This document shows positions 24,951 through 39,524 of a DNA stretch of 64,000 nucleotides, piece by piece. The position numbers and the translations under genes are program-made. This stretch comes from Squalus acanthias (lineage: Eukaryota). The first letter of the stretch is position 1. Each line of letters opens with the position of its first letter. The stretch lies in assembly GCA_030390025.1 (NCBI GenBank), contig JASTWF010000034.1:5828001-5892000 (forward strand). The letters run 5' to 3'. A model generated the notes under the pieces. That model did no database searches. It worked only from the letters and a program-made list of their open reading frames with translations, and was not told the origin of the DNA.

Positions 24951-25139
24951 AGTCCATTTCTCTTTTGCCTGAAAATGGAAGAAGAAGAAGAAGAGTGACT
25001 TTACCCAGACAAACATGTCATCGTGTTTGACCGAGGGGAAGAATAATTAAAAGGAGCAGAGGATTAAAACGAAGGGATAAAAGGAAAAACACTTAAAATA
25101 TTAACCAACGAGATAAATACGCTGTATGCACCTCAATAC

Positions 25140-25647
25140 TCCAGTAAACACTCTGGAAACATTAAATTCTCGCATAATCATACTCACAGAAACATACCTG
25201 TCAGTCAACATTCTCAAACCCTCCATCACCATTCCAGGGTCTGCACTGACCCACCAGATATTGGGACACAGGGGTATACAATCGGGAGGGAGAAACCCTG
25301 CGAGTCCTCAACATTGCCTGAGGATATAATGAAGTCTGATGGCTTCCACTCAGACATGGGCAAGATAACTTCCTGCCGATTACCACCTACCGCCCTCCCT
25401 CAGCTGATGAATCGGCACATCGTCATGCTGAACACCAGTTGATGGGAGCACCGAGAGCAGAAAAGGCGCAAATTATACTCTGGGTCGGGAGGGGGAAACT
25501 TCAATGTCCATCAACAAGAGTGGCTCGGAAGTACCATCATTAACCGAGTCCTGAAGAACACAGCTGCCAGACTGGGATTGCGGCAGGTGGTGGGAGACCC
25601 AAGATGAGAGAATAGCCTGCTTGACCACGTCCTCACCAACCTACCTA
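25140..25647 (+). mobile_element. CR1-group LINE endonuclease fragment
   Basis: IIILTETYL, YRPPS, FNVH and LDHVLTNL-like motifs; inverted copy at 62570-63050. Confidence 0.65.
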
Positions 25648-26333
25648 TCTGACAGTGCAGTGCTCCCTCAGTACTGCCCCTCTGACAGTGCAGTGCTCCC
25701 TCAGTACTGCCCCTCTGACAGTGCAGTGCTCCCTCAGTACTGCCCCTCTGACAGTGATGCGCTCCCTTAGTACTGCCCCTCTGACAGTGCAGTGCTCCCT
25801 CAGTACTGCCCCTCTGACAGTGCAGCGCTCCCTCAGTACTGCCCCTCTGACAGTGCAGTGCTCCCTCAGTACTGCCCCTCTGACAGTGCAGTGCTCCCTC
25901 AGTACTGCCCCTCTGACAGTGCAGTGCTCCCTCAGTACGGCCCCTCTGACAGGGCAGTGCTCCCTCAGTACTGCCCCTCTGACAGGGCAGTGCTCCCTCA
26001 GTACTGCCACTCTGACAGTGATGCGCTCCCTCAGTACTGTCCCTCTGACAGAGATGTGCTCCCTCAGTATTGCCCCTCTGACAGTGATGCGCTCCCTCAG
26101 TACTGCCCCTCTGACAGTGATGCGCTCCCTCAGTACTGCCCCTCTGACAGTTTTGCGCTCCCTCAGTACTGTCCCTCTGACAGTGATGCACTCCCTCAGT
26201 ACTGCCCCTCTGACAGTGATGCGCTCCCTCAGTACTGCCCCTCTGACAGTGCAGTGCTCCCTCAGTACTGCCCCTCTGACAGAGATGCACTCCCTCAGTA
26301 CTGCCCCTCCAACAATGCAGCACTCCCTCAGTG
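25648..26333 (-). repeat. 33-bp DeuSINE-derived minisatellite, ~21 copies
   Basis: Unit gaggggcagtactgagggagcactgcactgtca on the minus strand; same unit as 61230-61955. Confidence 0.92.
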
Positions 26334-29300
26334 CTGGCTTGAGTGCAGTTTGTCATGGAGTGCAGCTTGGATCCGAGTGTTAAGTTGCGAGTTTGGTGAG
26401 TGAGGGAGTTCAGGGAGGGATGTGTTCCTTTCTTTTTCTGTCTTTGTCAGCTTCCAAGACCCGGTCAGTATTTCTACAGTCCAGTCGTTAAAATAAAAGT
26501 AAGGTCTCGAGTTTAGAGCAAGTAGTGCTTAAAGGGAAGTAAGGTACCTAGTGTATTTAATATTCTTTAATTTAAAGGGAGTAAATTATTGGTAGGACAT
26601 GGCAGGGCAGCTCGGCAGCGTGGAGTGCTCCTCCTGTGCTATGTTGGAAGTCAGGGACACTTTAGGTGTCCAGGGCGGACACATGTGCAGGAAGTGTCTC
26701 CAGCTGCAGCTACTCGAAAACCGCGTTTCGGAGCTGGAGCTGCGACTGGAGTCACTGTGGAGCATCCGCAAAGCTGAGATCTTCGTGGATAGAACATTTA
26801 ACGAGGTGGTCACACCGCAGGTAAAGAGTGCACAGGCAGATAGGAAATAGATGACAGCCAGACAGTGTAAAAGAACTAGGAAGGCAGTGCAGGAGTCCCC
26901 AAGGTCCATCTCCCTCTCCAATAGATTTTCCATTTTGGATACTGATGGGGGAGAGGGTTTCTCAGAGGAATGCAGCAAGAGCCAAGTCCATGGCAGTACG
27001 AGTGGCTCAGCACCACAGGAGGCGTGGGGGGGGGAAAGAGCGGGAGAGCAATAGTGACAGGGGATTCTATCGTAAGGGGAACAGATAGACGTTTCTGTGG
27101 CCGCAGACGTGACTCCAGGATGGTATGTTGCCTGCCTGGTGCCAGGTTCAAGGATGTCACTGAACGGCTGCAGGGTATTCTGAAGGGGGAGGGCGAACAG
27201 TCAGAGGTCGTAATCCACATTGGTACCAACGACATGGGTAAAAAGAGGGATGAGGTCCTGCAACAAGAATTTAGGGAGCTAGGTAGCAGATTAAAAAGCA
27301 GGACCTCAAAGGTTGTAATCTCTGTTTTACTCCCGGTGCCACTTGCTAGTGAATATAGGAATAGGAGGATAGAGCAGATGAATGCGTGGCTAAAGAGTTG
27401 GTGCAGGAGGGAGGGCTTTCGTTTCCTGGATCACTGGGTCTGCTTCTGGGGAAGGTGGGACCTGTACAATTTGGACGGGTTGCACCTGAACCGGAACGGG
27501 ATCAACATCCTTCCGGGGAGGTTTGCTAGTGCTGTTGGCGCGGGGGGGGGGCGGGAGGCGGGTGCGGTTTAAACTAACTTGGCAGAGGGATAGGATACGG
27601 AGTGGAGCTATAGTAGGGGGTGATGCACAGCCAAATATAGAGGAAAAAACAAGTCAGCCTGGAAGGCAGAGCAAATATGTAACGGCACAAGAATGTAAGG
27701 CAAGCCTGGTGGGCATTTATTTTAATGCAAGGAGTCTTGCGAGTAAGGCAGATGAATTGAAGGTGTTGATGAACACATGGGATATGATATTGTTGCTATC
27801 ACAGATACATGGTTGAGGGAGGGGCAGGACTGGCAGCTCAATATTCCGGGGTATAGAATCTTCAGGCGAGACACAGGGGGTGTAAAAGAGGAGGGGGTGT
27901 CTCAATATTAATCAAGGAGTCAATTACTGCAGTAATGAGGGATGATATCTTAGCAGGTTCCTCTAAGGAGGCCATATGGGTAGAACTTAAAACCAAAAAG
28001 TGGGCAAGCACTTTGCTGGGAGTGTACTACAGGGCCCCAAACCGTCAGGGGGAGATAGAAGAACAGATATGTAGGCAAATCTCAGAGAAGTTTCTAAATA
28101 ATAGGGTAATAATAGTAGGGGATTTCAACTTCCCCAATATTAACTGGGATAGTCAGAGTGTGAAAGGCTTAGAAGGTGCGGAATTGTTAAAGTGCATCCA
28201 GGAGAGCTTTTTGAGCCAACATATAGAAAGTGCTACAAGAGAGGGGGCAGTTCTGGACCTAATTCTAGGGAATGCAGCCATGCAAGAGGTAGAAGTGTTA
28301 GTAGGAGAGCATTTTGGTGACAGTGACCATAATTCGGTGAGATTTAAGGTAGTCATTGAAAAGGACAAAGATGGACCGGAATAATGGTTCTAAATTGGGG
28401 GAAGGCCAATTTTAATATGATAAGGCAGGATCTGGTTAAAGTGGACTAGGATCAGCTATTTGTAGGAAAATCCACATCAGAGCAGTGGTACTCTTTCAGA
28501 AAGGAAATAGAGAGAGTACAACACCAACATGTTCCCGTAAAAGTCAAGGTTGGGACCAACAAGCCCAGGGAATCCTGGATGTCAAGGGATATACAAGAAT
28601 GGATTGGGAAAGAAAGAGAGGCATTAGGCAGATACAAAGGACTAGAAACAGTGGAAGCCCTAGAGGAGTATAGAAAGTGCAGGGGGGTACTTAAAAAAGA
28701 AATTAGGAGAGCGAAGAGGGGGCATGAAAAAAAACACTGGCGGGCTAAAAAAAGGAAAATCCCAAGGTGTTTTATAAGTATATTAAGGGCAAGAGGATAA
28801 CCAGGGAAAGAGTAGGGCCCATTAGGGACCAAAGTGGTAATCTGTGTGTAGAGCCAGAAGATGTGGGTGAGGTTTTAAATGAATATTTTGCATTTGTGTT
28901 CACTATGGAGATGGACGATGTAGGCATAGAAATCAGGCAAGGCGATTGTGGTATACTTGAATAAATTAGTATTGAGAGGGAGGAGGTATTGCGGTTTTAG
29001 TGGGCATAAAAGTGGATAAATCCCCAGGCCCAGACGAGATGTATCCCAGGCTGCAGTGTGAGGCAAGGGAGGAGACTGCAGGGGCTCTGACATAAATTTT
29101 CAGAACCTCTCTGACCACAGGGGAGGTGCCAGATGACTGGAGAACAGCCAACATAGTACCATTGTTCAAGAAGGTTAGTAGGGATAAACCAGGAAATTAC
29201 AGGCCATTGAGCCTAACATCAGTGGTAGGGAAATTCTTGGAAAAAATTCAGAGGGACAGAGTTAGTCTACACTTGAAGAGGCAAGGATTGATCAAGGATC

Positions 29301-29754
29301 GTCAGCATGGCTTTGGAAGGGGGAGATCAGTTCTAAGCAATTTGATTGAAGTGACCAGGTTTCTGGATGAGGGTAGTGCAGTTGATGTCGTCTACATGGT
29401 CTTCAGTAAGGCTTTTGACAACGTCCCACATGGAAGACTGGTCAAGAAGGTAAGAGCCCATGGAATCCAGGGCAATTTGGCACATTGGATCCAAAATTGG
29501 TTTAGTGGCAGGAGGCAGAGTGTGATGGTCGAAGGATGTTTTTGTGACTTGATGCCTGGGTCCAGTGGTGTACCGCAGGGATCGGTGCTGGGACCTTTGC
29601 TGTTTGTAGTGTACATTAATGATTCAGATATGAATGTAGGCGGTATGATCAGCAAGTTCGCAGATGACACGAAAATTGGTGGAGTGGTAAAAAGCGAGGA
29701 CGACAGCCTCAGGCTCCAGGACGATATAAACGGTTTGGTTAGATAGGCAGAACA

Positions 29755-32700
29755 TAGAAACATAGAAGATAGGAGCAGGAATAGTCCATTCGGCCCCTCG
29801 AGCCTGCTCCGATATTCAATGCGATCATGGCTGATCATCCAAATTCAGAACCCTGTCCCTGCTTTCTCCCCATAACCCTTGATCCCTTTAGCCTTAAGAA
29901 ATATAACTAACTCCTTCTTGAATATATTTAATAAATTGGCCTCAACTGCCTTCTGTGGTAGAGAATTTCACAGGTTCACCACTCTCTGGGTGACGAAATT
30001 CCTCCTCATCTCAGTCCTAAATGGCTTACCCCTTATCCTTAGACTGTGACCCCTGGTTTTGGACTCCCCCGCCATCGGGAACATCCTTCCTGCATCTAGT
30101 CTGTCTAGTCCTGTTAGACTTTTATGAGTTTCAATGAGACCCCCTCTGATTCTTCTAAACTCCAGCGACTATAAGCCTAATCGAAACAATCTCTCTTCAT
30201 ACGTCATTCCTGCCATCCCAGGTATCAGTCTGGTGAATCTTCGCTGCACTCCCTCCATGGCAAGAACATCCTTCCTCAGATAAGACGACCACAACTGCAC
30301 ACAATACTCAAGGTGTGGTCTCACCAAGGCTCTGTGCAACTGCAACAAGACATCCTTGCTCCTGTCCTCGAATCCTCTCGCTGTGAAGGCGAACATACCA
30401 TTTGCCTTCTTAACTGCCTGCTGCACCTGCATGCTTACCTTCAGCAACTGGTGCACAAGGACACGCAGGTCTCGTTGCACTTCCCCTTCTCCCAATCTAT
30501 TGCCGTTCAGATAATAAACTGTCTTCCTGTTTTTGCCACCAAAGTGGAAAACCTCGTATTTACCCACATTATACTGCATCTGCCATGCATCTGATCAATC
30601 ACCCAACCTGTGCAAATCATATTGGAGTTTCTCTGCATCCTCCTCACACAGCAGACACACCCACCCAGCTTTGTGTCGTCTGAAAACTTGGAGATATTAC
30701 ATCTAGTTCCCTCATCTAGATTATTAATATATACTGTGAATAGCTGGGGTCCTAGCACCGATCCCTGCAAACGCTCACTAGTCACTGCCTGCCACTCGGA
30801 AAAAGACCCGTTTATTCCAACTCTTTGCTTCCTGTCTGCCAACCAGTTCTCTATCCAAGTCAATACCTTGCCCCCAATCCCATGTGCCTTAACTTTGCAC
30901 GCTAATCTCTTATGCGGGATCTGATCGAAAGCCTTCTGAAAGTCCAAATACACCACATCCACTGGTTCTCCCTTACCTATTCTACCAGTTACATCCTCAA
31001 AAAATTCCAGTAGATTAGTCAAGCATGATTTACCTTTTGTAAATCCATGTTGACTTTGTCCGATCCTGTCACTGTTTTCCAAGTGCTCTGCTATTACATC
31101 TTTTATAATGGACTCTAGCATTTTCCCCACTACCGATGTCAAGCTTACCGGTCTATAATTCCCCGTTTTCTCTCTCCCAGCTTTTTAATATAGTGGAGTT
31201 ATATTAGCTACCCTCCAATCCATGGGAACTGTTCCACAGTCTATAGAATTTTGGAACATGACCAGCAATGCATCGACTATTTCTAGGGCCACTTCCTGAA
31301 GTAACCTAGGATGTAGATTATCAGGCCCTGGGGATTTATCGGCCTTCAGTCACGTCAATTACCCTTCAAATACTGATTTCATTCAGTTCCTCCCTTATTA
31401 GACCCTATGTTCCCCGACATCTCTGAGAGTTTATTTGTGTCCTCCTTTGTGAAGACAGAACCAAAGTATATATTTAATTGATCTGCCATTTCTTTGTTCC
31501 CCATTATAAATTTCCCTGATTCTGACTGCAAGCTTCCTACGCTTGACTTCACCAATCTTTTTCTCTTCACATATCTATGGAATTTTTACAGTCAGTTTTT
31601 ATGTTCCCTGCAGGCTTACTCTCATACTCTATTTTCCCCTCTTAATTAATCCCTTTGTCCTCCTTTGCTGAATCCTAAACTGCTCCCAATCCTTAAGTTT
31701 GCTGCTTTTTGTGACCAATTTATATGTCCTCTCCTTGGATCTTATGCTATTCTTAATTTCCCTTGTTAGCCACGGTTGAGTCACCTTTTTTGCTTTATTT
31801 TTATGCCAAACAGGGATGACGAAATTCTGTAGTTCATCCATGCGATCTTTAAATGTTTGCAATTGCCTATCCACCATCAACCCTTGAAGTAACATTCCTC
31901 AATCCATCCTAGCCAACTCGCGCCTCATACCATCACAGTTTCCTTTATTGAAATTCAGTGCCCAAGTTTCTGAGTCAACTACTACTTCACTCTCCATCTT
32001 AATGAAGAATTCTATCATATTATGATCGCTCCTCCCCAAGGGGCCTCGCACAACAGGATTGCTCATTAATCCTTTCTCATTACATAATACCCAGTCTAAG
32101 ATGGCCTGATCTCTAGTTGGTTCCTCGACATATTGGTCCAGGAAGCCATCCCGTATACACTCAAGGAATTCATTTTCCACAGTATTGTTACTAATTTGAT
32201 TAGCCCAATCTATATGTAGATTAAAGTCACCCATGATAACTGCTGTGCCCTTATTGCACGCATCTCTAATTTCCCGTTTAATGCCATCCCCAACCTCAGC
32301 ATGACTGTTTGGGGGTTTGTATACAAATCCCACTAATGTTTTCTGCCCCTTGGTATTTCTCAGCTCCACCCATACAGATTCGACATCATCCGAGCTAATA
32401 TCCTTCCTTACTATTGTGTGAATTAACTCTTTAACCAGCAATGCTACACCGCCTCCTTTTCCTCTTTGCCTGTTCTTCCTGAATATTGAATACCCCTGGA
32501 TGTTGAATTCCCAGCCTTGGTCACCCTGGAGCCATGTCTCCGTAATCCCAATTATATCATATCCGTTTACATCTATTTGCGCAGCTAATTCATCCACCTT
32601 ATTACGAATGCTCCTCGCATTAAGACACAAAGCCTTCAGGCTTGTTTACTTATCACTCTTAGACCTTTTAGAATTATTGTTTACTGTGGCCATGTTTGAT

Positions 32701-34026
32701 TTACACCCTTGCTTTCTCTGACTTCCACTTTTGCTTTTCTCCTTCCTGTCTTTTGCTTCTATCCTTGCTTCCATTTCCTCTGTCTCCCTGCACAGGTTCC
32801 CAACCCCCTGCCATTTTAGTTTAAACCCTCCTCAACAGCACTAGCAAGCACTCCCCCTAGGACATCGGTCCCGGTCATGCCCAGGTGCAAACTTTCCAGT
32901 TTGTACTGGTCCCACCTCCCCCAGAACCGTTTCCAATGTCCCAGGAATTTGAATCCCTCCTCCTTGCACCATTCTTCCAGCCACGTACTCAGCTGAAATA
33001 TCCTTCTATTTCTACTCTGACTATTCCGTGGCACTGGTAGCAATCCTGAGATTGAGTTCCTATTTTATAATTTACCTCTTAACTCCCTATATTCAGCTTT
33101 TACGACCTCATCCCGTTTTTTACCTATGTCGTTGGTACCTATATGCACCACGACAACTGGCTGTTCACCCTCCCCATCCAGAATACACTGCAGCCGCTCC
33201 GAGACATGCTTGACCCTTGCACCAGGGAGGCAACATACCATCCTGGAGTCTCGTTTGCAGCCGCAGAAACGCCGATCTATTCCCCTTACAATAGACTCCC
33301 CTATCACTGTAGCTCTCCCGCTCTTTTTCCTCCCGTCCTGTGGAGCAGAACCACCCATGGTGCCAGGAAGTTGGCTGCAGCTGTCTTCCCCCGATAAGCC
33401 ATCCTCCTCAACAATATCCAAAGCGGTATATCTGTTTGAGAGGGGGATGGCCACAGGGGACCACTGCACTACCTGCCTGCGCCTACTACTCTGCCTGGCG
33501 GTCACCCATTCCCTTCCTTCCTGTGCAGCGTTTACCTGCGGTGTAACCAACTCATTAAACGTGATATCCACCATGTACTCAGCATCGCGAATGCTCCAGT
33601 ATGTATCCATTCGCAGCTTCAGCGCCGCAATGCGGTCTGCCTGCAGCTGCAGCTGGATTCACTTCCCGCACACATGGTCGTCAGGGACACAGGAAGTGTC
33701 CCTGATTGCCCACAAACTGCAGGAGGAGCATACCACGGGGCCGAGCTGTGCTGCCATGACTTACCTATAAATAATTTAAATTAAATTAAATCAAATCAAT
33801 GCTGCAAATTACACTGCAATTAAATGATAAAGTCAAGGGCCATTGTTTACTAGCACTCCCCGCTACACAACTGAGACCTTAGAAACTATAACCACAAAAT
33901 TAAGACCATCTAAACTTTATAAACTATTAACCTTAACTGTCAAACTATGGAGTCGTGTAAATACTCACCTGGCTGTACTCACTCAATCAGCTGTTTCCTC
34001 TTGCCCGCGTCACGTTTTGAATCGCA
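29755..34026 (-). mobile_element. Near full-length CR1 LINE nested antisense in host CR1
   Basis: 5'UTR, ORF1 esterase, EN, RT and (ctatgttt)-type 3' tail; multiple frameshifts. Confidence 0.92.
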
Positions 34027-34189
34027 AACAGGGGCAAACTGAATTTAACCCGGAAAAGTGTGAGGTGATGCATTTTGGGAGGACTAACAAGGCAAGGAAA
34101 TACGCAATGAATGGTAAGACCCTAGGAAGGACAGAGGACCAGAGGGACCTTGGTGTGCATGTACATAGATCCCTGAAGACAGCAGGACA

Positions 34190-35694
34190 TAGAAACATAG
34201 AAATATAGCAGATAGGAGCAGGAGTAGGCCATTCAGCACCTCAAGCCTGCTCCGCCATTTAATGAGATCATGGCTGATCATCCAAATTCGGTACCCTGTC
34301 CCTGCTTTCTCCCCATATCCTTGATCTCTTTAGCCTTAAGAAATATATCTAACACCTTCTTGAATATATTTAATGAATTGGCCTCTACTGCCTTCTGTGG
34401 TAGAGAATTTCACAGGTTCACCACTCTCTGGGTGAAGAAATTCCTCCTCATCTCAGTCCTAAATGGCTTACCCCTTATCCTTAGACTGTGACCCCTGGTT
34501 CTGGACTCCCCCGCCATCGGGAACATCCTTCCTGCATCTAGTCTGTCTAGTCCTGTTAGAATTTTATAAGTTTCAGTGAGATCCCCTCTCATTCTTATAA
34601 ACTTCAGCGAGTATAATCCCAATCGATCCAATCTCTCTTCATACGTCATTCCTGCCATCCCAGGTATCAGTCTGGTAAATCTTCGCTGCACTCCCTCCAT
34701 GGCAAGAACATCCTTCCTCAGATAAGGCGACCAAAACTGCACACAATACTCAAGTTGTGGTCTCACCAAGGCTCTGTACAACTGCAGCAAGACCTCCTTG
34801 CTCCTGTACTCGAATCCTCTCGCTATGAAGGCCAACATACCATTTGCCTTCTTAACCGCCTGCTGCACCTGCATGCTTACCTTCAACGACTGGTGCACAA
34901 GGACTCCCAGGATCGTTGCCCTTCCCCTTTTCCCAATCTATTGCCGTTCAGATAATAATCTGCCTTCCTGTTTTTGCCACCAAAGTGGATAACCACGCAT
35001 TTATCCACATTGTATTGCATCTGCCATGCATCTGACCAATCACCCAACCTGTCCAAATCATCCTGGAGTTTCTCGGCATCCTCCTCACGGCACACACACC
35101 CACCCAGCTTTGTGTCATCTGCAAACTTGGAGATATTGCATCTAGTTCCCTCATCTAGATCATTAATATATATTGTGAATAACTGGGGTCCTAGCACTGA
35201 TCCCCGCGGTACCCCACTAGTCACTGCCTGCCACTCGGAAAAAGACCTGTTTATTCCAACTCTCTGCTTCCTGTCTGTCAACCAGTTTTCTATACAAGTC
35301 AGTACCTTACCCCCAATCCCATGTGCTTTAACTTTCCACGCCAATCTCTTATGCGGGACCTTATCGAAAGCCTTCTGAAAGTCCAAATACACCACATCCA
35401 CTGGTTCTCCCTTATCTATTCTAACAGTTACATCCTCAAAAATTCCAGTAGATTAGTCAAGCATGATTTACCTTTTGTAAATCCATGTTGACTTTGTCCG
35501 ATCCTGTCACTGGTTTCCAAGTGCTTTGCTATTACATATTTTATAATGGACTCTAGCATTTCCCCCACTACCGATGTCAGGCTTACCAGTCTATAATTCC
35601 CCGTTTTCTCTCTCCCACCTTTTTTAAATAGTGGGGTTATATTCGCTACCCTCCAATCCATGGGAACTGTTCTAGAGTCTATAGAATTTTGGAA
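34190..35694 (-). mobile_element. 5'-truncated CR1 of the same family nested in host CR1
   Basis: RT to 3' tail; highly similar to 29755-31260. Confidence 0.92.
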
Positions 35695-36379
35695 GACAGG
35701 TAGATAAGGTGGTTAAAAAGGCATATGGGATACTTGCCTTCATTAGCCGAGGCATAGAATATAAGAGCAGGGAGGTTGTGTTGGAGATGTACAAAATGCT
35801 AGTTAGGCCACAGCTGGAATACGGTGTGTAGTTCTGATCGCCACACTATAGGAAGGATGTGATTGCATTGGAGAGGGTGCAGAGGAGATTCACCAGGATG
35901 TTACCTGGGCTGGAGCGCTGCAGCAATGAAGAGAGACTGGACAGGCTGGGGTTGCTTTCCTTAGAGCAGAGAAGGCTGCGGGGGGACCTGATTGAGGTGT
36001 ACAAAATTATGAGGGGCATAGATAGGGTAGATAGAAAGGAATTTCCCCCTTAATAGAGGGGTCAATCACCAGGGCACATAGTTTCAAGGTAAGGGGCAGG
36101 AGGTTTAGAGGGGATTTGAGGAAAATCTTTTTCACCCAGAGTGTGGTTGGAATCTGGAACTCACTGCCTGAAACGGTGGTAGAGGCAGGAACCCTCACAG
36201 CATTCAAGAAGCATTGAGATGAGCACTTGAAATGCCATAGCATACAAGGCTACGGACCAAGTGCTGGAAAATGGGAATAGAATAGATAGGGCTTGATGGC
36301 CGGCGCGGACACAATGGGCCGAAGGGCCCCTTTCTGTGCTGTATAACTATAACTATCGATGACTCTATGACAGCGCATG

Positions 36380-36925
36380 ATTTCAAAGTTTGAAAATGAC
36401 AGAAAACTCGGAAATGTTAATAAACAGTGAGAATGATAGTAACAGAAATTCAGGAGGTCGCAGACAGACTGGTGAAATGGGCAGACACATGGCAGATACA
36501 ATTTAACACAGAGAAGGGTGAAGTGATACATGTTGGTAGGAAGCATGAGCAGAGGCAATATCAACTAAACGGTACAATTTCAAAGCGGGTGCACGATCAG
36601 AGAGACCTGGTGTGTACTTACACAAATCATTGAAGGTGGCAGGACAAGTAGCGATGGCTGTTAATAAAGCATACGGAGTCCTTGGCTTTACAAACAGAGA
36701 CACAGAGTAACAAAATCCAGGTAGAAATGTTAACCTTTTAAAAAGCATTGGTTAGACCCCAGCTGGAGTATTGTGTCCAATTCTGAGCACCACACTTTGG
36801 CAAGCATGGCAAGGATTAGAGAAGGTGTAGAGGAGATTTACCAGAATGGTACCAGGGATCTGGATCTTCAATTACGTGGAGAGACAGGAGAAGCTGGGAT
36901 TGTTCTTTTTAGATCAGCGAAGGTT
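36380..36925 (+). mobile_element. CR1 RT C-terminal fragment (old)
   Basis: KWADTWQIQFN and RPQLEYCVQF-like sequence. Confidence 0.75.
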
Positions 36926-38970
36926 AAACATCACAGAATTGTAGAATCGTCGAAATTTACGGCACAGAAGGAGGCCATTTGGCCCATTGCATCTGCGCCG
37001 GTCGAAATAGAGCTTTCCAGCTTAATCCCACTTTCCAGCTCTTGGTCCGTAGCCCTGTAGGTGATGGCACTTCAAGTGCATATCCATGTACGTTTTAAAC
37101 GTGATGAGGGTTTCTGCCTCTACCACCCTTTCAGGCCTTGAGTTTCAGACCCGCACCGCCCTCTGGGTGAAAGAAATTCTCATCTCCCGTCTAATCCTTC
37201 TACCAATTACTTTAAATCTATGCTCCTTGGTTATTGACCTCTCTGCCAGGTGAAATAGGTGCTTGCTATCGACTCTATCTAGGCCCCTCATAATTTTATA
37301 CACCTCAATTAAATCTCCCCTCAGCCTCCTCTGTTCCAAAGTAAAGAACCCCAAACTATTCCCCAGTCTTGGCAACATCCACGTAAATCTCCTCTATAAT
37401 GTTTCAAATGCAATCACATCTTTCCTGTAATGTTTTGACCAAAATTGTACGCAGTATTCTAGCTGTGGTCTAATTGGTGTTTTATACAGTTCTAGCATAA
37501 ACTCCCTGTTTTTATATTCTATGCTTCGACTAATAAAGCAATGTATCCCACATGCCTTTTTAACCACCCTATCTACATGTCCTGATAGTTTTAGAGATAT
37601 GTGGAAATGTACTCCAAGGTCCCTCTGTTCCACTGCACCTCTCAGTATCCTACCATTTATTGTGTATTCCCTTTTTGTTAGCCCGCCACCAATGCATTAC
37701 CTCACACTTCTCCGAAATGAAGTCCATTTGCCACTGTTCTGCTCACCTGACCAGTCCATTGATATCTTCTTGCAGTCTACAGCTTTCTTCATCACTATCA
37801 ACCACACGGCCAATTTTTGTATCATGTGCAAACTTCTTCATCATGGCCCCAACACTGAAGTCTAAATCATTAATATATACCACAAATAGCAGGGGACCTA
37901 GTACTGAGCCCTGTGGAACCCCACTGGAAACAACCTTCCAGTCACAAAAACACCCGTTGACCATTACGACCTTTGCTTCCTGCCACTGAGCCAATTTTGG
38001 ATCCAACTTGCCACTTTCCCTTGGATCCAATGACCAACCTGTCATTTGGGACCTTGTCAAAGGCCTTACTAATATCTACGTGGACTACATCAAATGCACT
38101 CCCCTCATCGACCCTCCTCATTACCTCCTCAAAAAATTCAATCCATTTAGTCAGACACGACATTCCCTTAACATTACCATGCTGACTGTCCTTGATTAAT
38201 CTTGCATTTCGCCTGTAGCCAGAGAGGATTGGAAAATGATGGTCTGAGCCTCCGCTATTTCCTCCCTTAAAAGCCTGGGATACATTTCATCCGAGCCTCG
38301 TGATTTATCTACTTTCAAAGATGCTAAACACCTTAATGTTTCCTCTCTCACTATGTTTGTCTCATCTAATATTTCACACTCCTCCTCCTTAACTACAATG
38401 TCTGCATCATCTCACTCTTCTGTGAAGACAGACACAAAGTATTTATTAAGAACCATATCCACGTCTTCCGCCTCTACACACAGATTCACTGTTTGTTCTA
38501 TAATAGGCCAGACTCTTTCCTTAGTTATCCTCTTGCTCTTGATGTATGCATAAAACATCTTTGGGTTTTCCTTGATTTTACTTGCCAATATTTTTTGATG
38601 CCATCTCTTTGCTTTCCTAATTTACTTTTTAATTTCACCCCTGCACTTTCTATACCCCTCTCGGCTTTCTGTCGTATTGAGCTCTCGGTATCTGACAGAA
38701 GCTTCCCTTTTTTTCCCTTATCCTACCCTGTATTCCCCTTGACATCCAGGGGGCTCTAGATTTGGAAGTCCCATCCTTTATCTTTTTGGGAATATATTTG
38801 CTCTGAGCCCTCACTATCTCCTCGTTGAATGCTTCCCACAGCTCTGCACTGATTTCCAATTAAGAAGCTGTTTCCAGTCCACTTTTCCTAAATCACATCT
38901 CAGCTGAGTAAATTTGGCCTTTCCCCAATTGAAATTTTTAAACCTGGTCTTTCTTTGTCCTTTTCCATCA
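36926..38970 (-). mobile_element. CR1 LINE fragments (linker-RT-3' end) with deletions
   Basis: APWM, SGVPQGSVLGPLLF, LEYCVQFW, LEQRRLRGDLIEVYKI. Confidence 0.85.
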
Positions 38971-39337
38971 GGGGAGATTTAGTATAGATATTCCAGATTG
39001 TAATGGGTTTTGATAGATTAAGTAAGTCTGTTTCCAGAGGCAGAATGGTGGGTAACCAGAGGAAACAAATTTGAAGTAATTGGCAAAAGAACCAGAGGAG
39101 AGATGAGAATGTTCTTTACGCAGTGAGATGTGATCTAGAATGCACTGAGTGAGAACGTGGTGGAAGCAGATTCAATAGTAAATTTCGAAAGGGAATGGGG
39201 TAATTAGATGAAGGGGAATTTTTTTATGGGGCTCTGATTAAAGAGTAGGACTGAATAAATAACTCTTTCAAAGAGACGGCACGGACACGATGGGCCGAAT
39301 GGTCTCTGTATGTGATGTACCGTTCTATGATTCTATG
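38970..39337 (+). mobile_element. CR1 3' end fragment
   Basis: RGD..., gatgggccgaatgg...ttctatgattctatga tail. Confidence 0.7.
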
Positions 39338-39524
39338 AGCAAGAGACAGAGAGAGAGAGAAGAGGGGGAGAGAGAGAAAGGGAGAAAGAGAGAAATAAAA
39401 ATACAGACTGAAAGACAGGGAGAGGTACAGAGGGAAATAAATTAACTTTAAAAGGGGAATTGTATAAATACCTGAAGGGGTACAATTTGCAGGACTATGG
39501 GAAAAGAGCAAGGGAATGGGACTA

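Larger units (their letters stand above)
26335..36370 (+). mobile_element. Near full-length CR1 LINE (host), split into 26335-29754, 34027-34189 and 35695-36370
   Basis: ORF1 zinc finger (CSSC..CRKC) and SGNH esterase (GDSIVRG, HIGTND, DGLHL). ORF2 EN and RT (QGSVLGP, FADD). Sequence resumes collinearly after each insert. Confidence 0.9.

Noticed and set aside
22896..26403. PGLRWEQCNLG and RGSTEGALHCQ repeat ORFs
   Set aside because: Translations of 51-bp and 33-bp minisatellites.
26335..36370. Active autonomous CR1
   Set aside because: All copies carry stops and frameshifts.
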